From NCBI GenBank assembly GCA_903895255.1, contig CAITTG010000049.1:30080-94079 (forward strand): a DNA stretch of 64,000 nt, given 5' to 3'. Shown in pieces: positions 46,032 through 53,978 of the stretch. The DNA is from an uncultured Verrucomicrobia subdivision 3 bacterium. GTDB taxonomy: Bacteria; Verrucomicrobiota; Verrucomicrobiia; Limisphaerales; UBA11358. Made by a program: the position numbers and the translations under genes. Positions within the stretch are counted from its first letter, which is position 1; each line of letters opens with the position of its first letter. The notes under the pieces were generated by a model that saw only the letters and a list, made by a program, of their open reading frames with translations, had not been told where the DNA came from and did no database searches.

Positions 46032-46982
46032 ATGGCCTGGATTAAGCGAAATTTATTCTTCTTCATTGGTGGCGTGGTGGCCTTGGCCTTGCTGGGCGCG
46101 GCGGGCTATTACAATTATACCAATTGGAGCCGCAACTCGGACATGCTGGACAAGCTCAAGGAAATTTACGGCACCCTCGGAGCCCTCAATGACCCCGCTG
46201 CCAACCCGGGCAATGACAAAATCAACAAGATTCAACAAGCCAAGGACCAGACTGCCCAGTTGAAAGACTGGCTCGACCAGACCGCCGTTTGGTTTGCCCC
46301 CATCGCCCCTATTCCGCCCTCCACCCCCGCCGCTCCCGTTTCCAGTGAAACCTACGCCGCCGCCCTCCGCCGCACCATCAGCCTCATGCAGCATGAGGCC
46401 GAGGCCGCCAATGTCGTGGTGCCGCCCGACTACGGTTTCTCCTTCGAGGCCGAGCGCTCTCTGGTCAAGTTTTCCCCCGGCAGTCTCGATGGGCTCGCCG
46501 TGCAGTTGGGCGAGGTGAAATCCATCTCTGAAGTCCTGTTCGCCGCCGGCGTCAATGAATTGCAATCCATTCAACGGGTGCGCGTGTCCGATGATGATGC
46601 CAACGGCCCCCAGGGTGATTATATCGGCGATCAATCCGTCACCAACGACCAGGTGGTCCTTACCCCCTACGTCGTCACCATTCAAAGTTTCGGTCCGGAA
46701 ATTGCCCGCATCTTCTCGGGCTTTGCCGGCTCCCCCCACTGCTTCATCATTAAGAGCATCAATGTGCAGCCCGCCACCGGCAACAACAACGCGCCCGGTC
46801 CAATGGGCCTGCCCCCCGGGCAGGAACCGCGCATGCTGCGCGGCCGGGGCGAATTTCTGCCGCCCATGCAAAACCCGCAGGCGCCGCTCAATGAAAAGGG
46901 CGGCCTGACCACGCTCCTCAAGGAGCAGCTCCTGCACGTCAGCCTGGAAGTTGAAATCGTAAAATTGCAGCCCAAGAATTAA
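46032..46982 (+). CDS. Amuc_1100-like pilus-associated protein (occupies the PilO position)
   Basis: 316 aa with an N-terminal TM anchor, a coiled coil and a Pro-rich insert. The C-terminal strand LLHVSLEVEIVKLQPK resembles the recalled Akkermansia Amuc_1100 (317 aa; ...VFVQVSLNLVHFNQPK). Gene context is the same. The assignment rests on memory, not on a search. Confidence 0.55.
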   Translation: MAWIKRNLFFFIGGVVALALLGAAGYYNYTNWSRNSDMLDKLKEIYGTLGALNDPAANPGNDKINKIQQAKDQTAQLKDWLDQTAVWFAPIAPIPPSTPAAPVSSETYAAALRRTISLMQHEAEAANVVVPPDYGFSFEAERSLVKFSPGSLDGLAVQLGEVKSISEVLFAAGVNELQSIQRVRVSDDDANGPQGDYIGDQSVTNDQVVLTPYVVTIQSFGPEIARIFSGFAGSPHCFIIKSINVQPATGNNNAPGPMGLPPGQEPRMLRGRGEFLPPMQNPQAPLNEKGGLTTLLKEQLLHVSLEVEIVKLQPKN

Positions 46983-46992
46983 GCTTAAGCAA

Positions 46993-47778
46993 ATGGATTT
47001 CATCAAAAAAAATTACGAAAAGGTCATTCTCAGTCTGGTGTTGCTGGGCGTGGTGGGTGCCCTCGTCGCTCTGCCATTTGTCATTCAAAAGGACAAGGAT
47101 GACGTGCAAGCCATGACTGATTCCGTCATCAGCCATCCCGTGAAACCTTTGGACCCCCTGGATCTGAGCACTCAAAACAACACCTTGACCCGGTTGCAAA
47201 ATCCCTACGACCTGGATTTCTCCACCACCAACAAGTTGTTTAACCCGATGACTTGGAAAAAGAATGCCGCTGGCGATTTGATTAAAATCACCACCGGGCA
47301 TGAAATTGATGCCGAGGCCGCCGAAGTCACCAAAATCACCCCCCTCTATCTCATCCTCTCGCTGGAAAATGTCGAAACCAATCTCGAAATTCGTTACGTG
47401 ATTGGCATCGAGCGTCAATTTGTCGCCTCCCGCTCCCAGCGCCATCAAACCACCGTCGCCTCCGTTGGTGAAAAAAAGCCGCTCTTCACCATCACCCAGG
47501 CCAAGGGCGATCCGGTCAACCCGGATGAACTCCTCTTGAAACTGGCCGATACCGGTGAAATCGTTTCCATCGCCAAAGGCAAACCCTTCCAGCGCGCCGA
47601 CGCCTTCACCGCCGATTTAAAATTTGATCCGGAGAAAAAATCCTTTCTTAATCGCTCGGTCGGCGCCGTCTTAACCTTCGGTGAGGAAACGTACAATATC
47701 GTTGCCATTCATCAAAACGAAGTGATACTATCCGCTGAATCAAACCAGAAAAAAACGATTTTGCAATACCCACGATAA
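46993..47778 (+). CDS. hypothetical TM-anchored protein (PilP/Amuc_1099 position)
   Basis: 261 aa with N-terminal TM VILSLVLLGVVGALVALPFVI. It lies between the Amuc_1100-like gene and the secretin. Confidence 0.55.
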   Translation: MDFIKKNYEKVILSLVLLGVVGALVALPFVIQKDKDDVQAMTDSVISHPVKPLDPLDLSTQNNTLTRLQNPYDLDFSTTNKLFNPMTWKKNAAGDLIKITTGHEIDAEAAEVTKITPLYLILSLENVETNLEIRYVIGIERQFVASRSQRHQTTVASVGEKKPLFTITQAKGDPVNPDELLLKLADTGEIVSIAKGKPFQRADAFTADLKFDPEKKSFLNRSVGAVLTFGEETYNIVAIHQNEVILSAESNQKKTILQYPR

Positions 47779-47833
47779 CGTGTAAGCTACTCCCATCCAA
47801 CAGCGCGATTTTACGAAGAACCCGAAACACACC

Positions 47834-50083
47834 ATGACAAAAGCAGTATTCTTGCCGCTCGGCCTCATTTTCCTCCTGGCTGCCGCTTCTCCCGCCTCGG
47901 CCCAGACCAGCCCCACGGATGTCGCCGTCAATGAAGCGGTCCTGCGCCAGTCCTATACCATTGTCCTGCGCCAGAAACTGGTCGCTGCCAAGTCAGCCGA
48001 ATCCAAGGGTGATTTGGTGGACGCCGCCAAGCTCTACCAGGAAGCCACCAGCCTCGCCCAGCAAATCGGCTCCGGTATCGATTTGGAAACCAGCCAGGCC
48101 ATTTCCGGCCTCGCCCGCACCCGTTTGACCCTCGCCCGCCAGGCCGAGGCCGGCCATGATTACCTCGAGGCCGACAAGCAAATCAACCAGGTTTTGCACG
48201 CCGATCCCAAGAATCCCGATGCCCTCGCGCTCAAACAGCAAAACGATCAGTTAATCGCCCAGAGCAAAGGTCACACGCCCGATCAGGCCACTATCGAGCA
48301 AATCCCCATCGTCAAAAATCAAAAAGTTGAGGCCGGTACCCTCGTGCAAGACGGCAAACTTCTCTATGAAATGGGCAAGTTGGAAGAATCCGAGGCCAAG
48401 CTGAAGCAAGCCCTGGCCCTGGACCCGGATAATGTCGCCGCTTTTTACTACCTCAACTTGATTCAACAGGCTCAGTACGCCCGCTCCGTGGCCAACCATA
48501 CCGAGGATACCCAAACCCGCATGCAACAGGTGGAAAAGCAGTGGGTGCTCCCCAAGAATCAGAATTTGATGATTGGCAATCCCTACGCCACCACCAACCT
48601 CGTTTACACTGGCCCCGGGCGTCAGGAAATTGTCAGTAAATTGGATCGCATTCACTTGGACACGGTTTCTTATGACGGCCTCCCCCTGAGCGAAGTGCTC
48701 CGCAGTCTCTCCGAACAGTCCAAAATTCGTGATCCCCAAAAAATTGGCGTAAATTTCCTGATTAACCCCAACGCCGATCTCTCCAGCACCGTGGAAACCA
48801 CCCCCTTGCAGGGTGGCTTCCCAGGCGAGGCTCGCCGCGGTGCGGTGGATCCGGCCACCGGTTTGCCCCAGGCTGATGCCGCCGCCGCCGCTGCGCCCGA
48901 GCAGGTCGATGTCGGTTCCGTGATCGTCAAGCTGAACCTGAATAATGTCAGCCTCGCGGAAGTGCTCGACGCCATTGTTCTCGTCGCCGATCACCCCATC
49001 AAATATTCCATTCAAGATTTTGCCGTCGTCTTCTCTTCCAAAGCCGCCGATGCCGCGCCTCTCTTCATGCGCACGTTCAAGGTGGATGCGAATACCTTCT
49101 TCCAAGGTTTGGAAAGTGTCAATTCCACGACTTTCGGTGGCACCAGCGGTAATGGCAGCAGCAGCGGTGGCGGCGGCGGTGGTGGTGGTGGTGGCGGCGG
49201 CGGCGGTGGCGGCCAGCAAAGCGGCGGAGCCGTGGTTCCCGTCGTTGACATGTCTCCCGGCGCCAGCCAGCTTCGCAACACCCAGAACGGCGGCGGTGGC
49301 GGTGGTCAGCAACAAAATGGCGGCGGTTTCGGCGGTAACACCGGCGGCGGTGCGGCCGGTGGCGCCGGTGGCGCGGCCGGCGGTTGGAACGTCAGCGGTT
49401 CCCAAGGCGGCGTGAATTTCCTCACGGTCAAACGCACCACGGACGAAATGGGCATTGTTGTCCGCAGTTTCTTTGCGGTGATGGGCGTCAATCTTAATCC
49501 GCCCAAAGCCCTGTTCTTCAATGATCGTCTCGGCTTGCTCTTCGTCAAGGCCACCGAATCCGACTTGGACACCATTGAACGCGCCATTGAGACCTTGAAC
49601 CAGCTCTCCCCGCAGGTTCATATCAAAGCCCGCTTCATCGAAGTGCAGCAAAATGACAGCACCGCGCTGGGTTTTGACTGGTATTTGGGCCAGTTCGGTG
49701 GTTCCGTGGTCGCCCAGGGCGGCACCGCCCCCTCTTTGAACACCGGCTCTGTCTCTGGCGCCAATCCCGTCGGCGCCTTTCCCGGCACCTCCGCCGCGAC
49801 CACCATCGCCCCTGCGGCCACCGACCAGTTGATTACCGGCGGCTTGCAAAACTCCGGCCCCACCGTCGGCACCATCACCGGCATTTTGACCAACCCCAAT
49901 TTCCGGGTTGCCATCCACGCGCTGGAACAGCGCTCCGGGGTGGAGGCCCTGGCCGAACCCGAGGTCACCACCACCAGCGGTCGCCAGACCCAAATGCGGG
50001 CCACCTCCCTCATCACCGTCGTAACCGGCGTTAACTTCCAGCAGGGCAACCCCGGCTCCACCACCGGCACCACCACCCCCTGA
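47834..50083 (+). CDS. secretin (PilQ/GspD family), N-terminal fragment: TPR-like region, N-domains, Gly-rich linker and first half of the secretin domain
   Basis: Signal peptide. The secretin core begins at VHIKARFIEVQQNDSTALGFDWYL...FRVAIHALEQRSGVEALAEPEVTTTSGRQTQM. The ORF stops at TGA 50081-50083, before the conserved C-terminal half. Confidence 0.85.
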   Translation: MTKAVFLPLGLIFLLAAASPASAQTSPTDVAVNEAVLRQSYTIVLRQKLVAAKSAESKGDLVDAAKLYQEATSLAQQIGSGIDLETSQAISGLARTRLTLARQAEAGHDYLEADKQINQVLHADPKNPDALALKQQNDQLIAQSKGHTPDQATIEQIPIVKNQKVEAGTLVQDGKLLYEMGKLEESEAKLKQALALDPDNVAAFYYLNLIQQAQYARSVANHTEDTQTRMQQVEKQWVLPKNQNLMIGNPYATTNLVYTGPGRQEIVSKLDRIHLDTVSYDGLPLSEVLRSLSEQSKIRDPQKIGVNFLINPNADLSSTVETTPLQGGFPGEARRGAVDPATGLPQADAAAAAAPEQVDVGSVIVKLNLNNVSLAEVLDAIVLVADHPIKYSIQDFAVVFSSKAADAAPLFMRTFKVDANTFFQGLESVNSTTFGGTSGNGSSSGGGGGGGGGGGGGGGGQQSGGAVVPVVDMSPGASQLRNTQNGGGGGGQQQNGGGFGGNTGGGAAGGAGGAAGGWNVSGSQGGVNFLTVKRTTDEMGIVVRSFFAVMGVNLNPPKALFFNDRLGLLFVKATESDLDTIERAIETLNQLSPQVHIKARFIEVQQNDSTALGFDWYLGQFGGSVVAQGGTAPSLNTGSVSGANPVGAFPGTSAATTIAPAATDQLITGGLQNSGPTVGTITGILTNPNFRVAIHALEQRSGVEALAEPEVTTTSGRQTQMRATSLITVVTGVNFQQGNPGSTTGTTTP
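49166..49213 (+). repeat. (GGY)16 trinucleotide tract encoding Gly16 inside the secretin linker
   Basis: ggt ggc ggc ggc ggt ggt ggt ggt ggt ggc ggc ggc ggc ggt ggc ggc. Further Gly/Gln/Asn-rich sequence follows. Confidence 0.9.
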
Positions 50084-50106
50084 TGAAACCCTCGCCGGCA
50101 TTATTA

Positions 50107-50256
50107 ACTTGTGATTTACCAATACTGGAATCCCTTACTTGTGATTTGCCAATACTGGAATCCCTAACTTGTCATTTACCATTACTGGAAACCTTAACTT
50201 GTGATTTACCAATACTGGAATCCTTAGCTTGTCATTTACCATTACTGGAATCCCCC
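50107..50256. repeat. 5 x 30-bp head-to-tail AT-rich tandem repeat
   Basis: Units: ACTTGTGATTTACCAATACTGGAATCCCTT / ...TTGCC...CCCTA / ACTTGTCATTTACCATTACTGGAAACCTTA / ...TCCTTA / GCTTGTCATTTACCATTACTGGAATCCCCC. There are no spacers. Confidence 0.95.
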
Positions 50257-50291
50257 GTATTTTCTACATTTTCTTAATTTTTTGGCGAAAT

Positions 50292-50948
50292 ATGAAAAGA
50301 TTTTATCAACCCAAGTTAATCACCCCCCTCCTCCCCCTCTGCGCCGTTCTGGTATCCGCTCCAGCAATGGCTCAGGTGGTGCAACAGGCAGTTCAAACCT
50401 CCGCCATTACCTTCACCACCCAAACGGTTGAAACCGGTCCGATTTTGGACGTTGTCCCCTATGTTTTGTCTGATGGCTACACAATCAACCTCACACTCAT
50501 CCCCAACTTGACCGAATTTAACGGGTACGATACGCCGCCAAATATTCCAAGCGTAACGGGAAACCTCAACGTGGTTCAACTGCCAATTGTATTGCCAAAT
50601 TTTTCAGTACGTGAAGTTGTCACCACGGTTAACGTATGGGATAACCAAACAGTGGTTCTTGGCGGTCTGATTTCCTCATCAATTCAAACCACCAAGGACA
50701 AAGTGCCCGTGCTGGGTGATTTGCCCATGCTGGGCACGCTCTTTCAAAGCCAAAGTAAAACTGCAATCAAAAATAATCTGATGATTTTTGTCACTTCATC
50801 AATTGTAGATCCTGCTGGTAACCGCGTGCATTCTGATGATGAATTGCCTTTTGCGCAAACCGGGATTCCACCGCAGCCACCGAACTCGAGCCATATTTCT
50901 GAGACGGTGGAAACTGTGCATTCTCTGCCTAGTGCCCCTAATAATTAA
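50292..50948 (+). CDS. secretin C-terminal half as a separate ORF with its own signal-peptide-like N-terminus
   Basis: MKRFYQPKLITPLLPLCAVLVSAPAMAQ, then ...TGPILDVVPYVLSDGYTINLTLIP...VWDNQTVVLGGLI...KVPVLGDLPMLGTLFQS...NLMIFVTSSIVDP, the canonical secretin C-terminus. Codon use is AT-richer. Confidence 0.8.
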   Translation: MKRFYQPKLITPLLPLCAVLVSAPAMAQVVQQAVQTSAITFTTQTVETGPILDVVPYVLSDGYTINLTLIPNLTEFNGYDTPPNIPSVTGNLNVVQLPIVLPNFSVREVVTTVNVWDNQTVVLGGLISSSIQTTKDKVPVLGDLPMLGTLFQSQSKTAIKNNLMIFVTSSIVDPAGNRVHSDDELPFAQTGIPPQPPNSSHISETVETVHSLPSAPNN

Positions 50949-50972
50949 TGTTCAGTCTGATTATTTTTTATT

Positions 50973-51856
50973 GTGGGGCGATTGCTGATCATAGACGGTC
51001 ATGCTTACGCTTACAGGGCGTTTTTTGCAATTCGTTCTTTGAGGGGGGGGGTGGGGGGGCGACGAATGCGATTTTCGGATTTATTAAAATCGTTGAAAAA
51101 TTGCTAAAATCCCTGAAACCAGAGTATCTGGCGGTGGTGTGGGACGGGGGTTTGAGCGCGGAACGGTTGGTTTTGCTGCCGGAATACAAGGCGCAGCGGC
51201 CGGCGATGCCGGATGATTTGCGGGTGCAATTTGATCCGATCATCGATTATTTGCGGGCGATGGGATTTTGTTCCCTGTGCCGGGATGGCGTTGAGGCGGA
51301 TGACTATATTGCCAGCCTGGCGCGGCAGGCGGAACGCTCGGGTTTGGCGGTGGTGATCGCCAGTGCGGACAAAGATTTTATGCAGTTGGTCTCGCCGGCC
51401 ATCGGGTTGTCCAACCCGAATGACAAGACCAACCGGATTTGGACGCGGGTGGAAGTCCGGGAAAAGACCGGGGTGGAACCGGAACAGATTGTGGACTGGC
51501 TGAGTTTAATGGGCGACGCGGTGGACAACATACCCGGTGTGCCAGGGGTGGGGCCAAAAAGGGCCGCAGAGCTGCTGGGCCAATTTGGCTCGGTGGCTGG
51601 TTTGTTGGAACGCATGGGCGAAGTCAAGCCCGCAGGCTTGCGTGAACGGGTGACCGCGGCGGCGGCGGTGATTCGCCGAAATTTGGAAATGGTGCGGTTG
51701 CGGGACGATTTGCCCTGTGAAATAGTGGCCAGCCATTGCCGGATCGGGGTTCCAGCGGTGGATAAATTGCGTGAATTGTACGGGCGATGGGAATTTAAGG
51801 GCATGCTGGCAGCGTTGGATGCAGCCGCGCCCGGCGGACAGCAGATTTTAATTTGA
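50973..51856 (+). pseudogene. stand-alone 5'-3' exonuclease (Pol I N-terminal/FEN-like) with an apparent 1-nt frameshift in a G9-T-G7 tract
   Basis: GTG 50973 gives VGRLLIIDGHAYAYRAFFAIRSLRGGVGG in one frame. From 51059 the adjacent frame gives ATNAIFGF...GVEADDYIASLA...SADKDFMQLV...GDAVDNIPGVPGVGPKRAAELL. One extra G would join them. This could be a homopolymer sequencing error. Confidence 0.75.
51043..51059. repeat. homopolymeric G9-T-G7 tract
   Basis: GGGGGGGGGTGGGGGGG read directly from the sequence, at the frameshift site. Confidence 0.95.
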
Positions 51857-52001
51857 AATGAGTGCGCAGAATTGTGAAAGTTCGGGGTGGGTGCTGGCAA
51901 AGGCCCGGACCCGGTTGTTGATACAGCCGGTTCCGCCTATTTGCATGGTAAGTTTTGGACAAACCCCCAAAGTTACATTACCTTTTAATATTAACTCTTT
52001 T

Positions 52002-53972
52002 ATGTCGTTGTCGAAGCTGGCCTGTGTGGCTGCCTTGCTCCTTGGCGGTGTCGTCAATTTGGCGTTGTCGTGCCAGGGCCAGACGAATTATTATTCGGCC
52101 AGTGGTTCGGAGTACGCCCCGGTGGGTTCGCTGCCGGGCGATCAAATGTTTCCGGATGCGGCCATCACCCCGACGGGTGGTTTTGTGGTATGGCAGGATA
52201 ATCGCACGGATGGCAGTGGTTGGGGGATCAGTGCGGAACGTTTGGACAGCACCTTCAACGGCACTTTAAGTTCCTTCCGGGTGAATGTGCAGGGAACGAA
52301 TGACCAGGAAAACGCCCGGGTGGCGCTGTTAAAAAATGGCGGGGCGGCGTTTGTGTGGCAGGGGGGCTTGCGGGGAAAACAGCATATTTATGCCCGTTTT
52401 CTCACGCCGACAAACACTTGGTTGACCAAGACCGACCTGGTGGTGAGCACTTTTACCAATACGTTTCAAATCAACCCGGCTCTGACGGTGCTCAATAACA
52501 GCAATGTCGTGGTGGTTTGGGCCAGTTACAATCAAGCGGGTGGCAAAAGCTTGCTGGATGTTTATGGTTCGATTCTCTCCCCCACCGGGCTGGTGGTGAG
52601 CAATGCCTTTTTAATCAATCAATTTACCAATTACAATCAACGCACGCCAGCCGTGGCGGCTTTGGCCAATGGCGGGTTTGTGGTGACCTGGGTATCGGAG
52701 CAGCAACGGAACCCGGCGATTTCCAGTGGCAGCCAGGCGGCGGTTGCCGCCAGCATCGTTTCACCGAGTGTGGATATTTATGCCCGGCTTTACCGCAGCA
52801 ACGGGCTGGCGGTGGCCGGAGAATTTTTGGTGAACAGCAACCTGGCACCGTGTGCGAATCCGAGTGTGGCCGGGGCCGCGGATGGCAGTTTCATGATCGC
52901 CTGGTCCCAGCACGATCCGTTGATGGCGACGAATGGTTGGGATGTGTTTGCCCGGCCTTATTCCAGCAGCGGAGCCGGCGGCCCGGTGGTGCAGGTCAAC
53001 CAGCAGGCTTATGGTGATCAATACGCCCCGAAAATGAAAGCGATTGGATTGGATTACCTGGTGGTGTTTACGAGCTTGGGCGAGGATGGTTCGCGGGAGG
53101 GTGTGTTTGGCCAGTTCGTTCATGCCAACGGAGCTTTGATTGGCAGCGAATTTCAGGTCAACACGACCTGGGTGGGGCAGCAAATGCAACCGGCGGTGGC
53201 TGCGGATGGCACCGCTTGGTTTGCGGTGGTTTGGACCAGCTACTCCGGTCCGACAGTCGGGTTTGATCTATACGCGCAGCGCTACGCGAACGTTTCCGCG
53301 ATTTTGCAGCCGATGGGGACGCCGTTTGTTTACGCGCCGTTTAACCTGGTTAGCAACAAATATGTGCCCCAGTTAAAGGTTTCCTGGCCCCCGGTTCTGG
53401 GGATTGCGGTGACTAATTACGAGGTTTATCTGGACGGATCCGCCAGCGCCATCACCAATTGGCTGGGCACCACCAATCAATGGACGATGGGAGTGGCAAA
53501 TGGTTTGACCAACGGGGCGACGCATTCGTTCCAAGTGGCCTATCAGACCACGGATGGCCGCCAGTCGCCCCTTTCGCCGGCAGCCACCGCCGCTGCCTGG
53601 ATGGGATTAAATTATCACGGGATACCGGATGAATGGATCAGTTATTATTACGGTGACGCCAGCGCCGGCTGGCCGACAAATGTAAATGCACCGTTGATCC
53701 CGGGTGGCATGAGCCTTTACAACGTGTTCCTGAGTGGCGGGGATCCGACGGATGCCTCCACCTGGCTGACGACATACCTGACGAAGGGGGCCGGGGGGCT
53801 GTACTTGAACTGGAATCCCCAGCCGGGTTTGACTTATCAAGTGCAAACGACCAGTGATCTACGGAACTGGATTAATTTGGGTTCCCCGCGCTTTGCGGCG
53901 GCCACCACGGATTCAATTTTTGTCGGCGGCACACCGGTTGGTTATTACCGGGTGTTGTTGCTACGCCAATGA
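52002..53972 (+). CDS. secreted protein: seven ~50-aa propeller-like repeats, an FN3-like domain and the C-terminal YYRV module
   Basis: ATG 52002 gives the signal peptide MSLSKLACVAALLLGGVVNLALS. Seven repeats follow the pattern EF.VN...Q..PAVA...G.FVV.W.S....DV(Y/F)A(R/Q)(L/R)(Y/F). It ends in ...VQTTSDLRNWINLGSP...GYYRVLLLRQ. Confidence 0.75.
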   Translation: MSLSKLACVAALLLGGVVNLALSCQGQTNYYSASGSEYAPVGSLPGDQMFPDAAITPTGGFVVWQDNRTDGSGWGISAERLDSTFNGTLSSFRVNVQGTNDQENARVALLKNGGAAFVWQGGLRGKQHIYARFLTPTNTWLTKTDLVVSTFTNTFQINPALTVLNNSNVVVVWASYNQAGGKSLLDVYGSILSPTGLVVSNAFLINQFTNYNQRTPAVAALANGGFVVTWVSEQQRNPAISSGSQAAVAASIVSPSVDIYARLYRSNGLAVAGEFLVNSNLAPCANPSVAGAADGSFMIAWSQHDPLMATNGWDVFARPYSSSGAGGPVVQVNQQAYGDQYAPKMKAIGLDYLVVFTSLGEDGSREGVFGQFVHANGALIGSEFQVNTTWVGQQMQPAVAADGTAWFAVVWTSYSGPTVGFDLYAQRYANVSAILQPMGTPFVYAPFNLVSNKYVPQLKVSWPPVLGIAVTNYEVYLDGSASAITNWLGTTNQWTMGVANGLTNGATHSFQVAYQTTDGRQSPLSPAATAAAWMGLNYHGIPDEWISYYYGDASAGWPTNVNAPLIPGGMSLYNVFLSGGDPTDASTWLTTYLTKGAGGLYLNWNPQPGLTYQVQTTSDLRNWINLGSPRFAAATTDSIFVGGTPVGYYRVLLLRQ

Positions 53973-53978
53973 TTTTGT

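Noticed and set aside
50107-50256. Could the 30-bp repeats be a CRISPR array?
   Set aside because: The units abut head-to-tail with no spacers, and no cas genes are in the window. It is a plain tandem repeat.
50083-50277. 64-codon ORF encoding (LTCDLPILES)x5
   Set aside because: It is most simply the translation of the DNA tandem repeat. No RBS, signal or family support. It is kept as a remark inside the repeat finding rather than called as a CDS.
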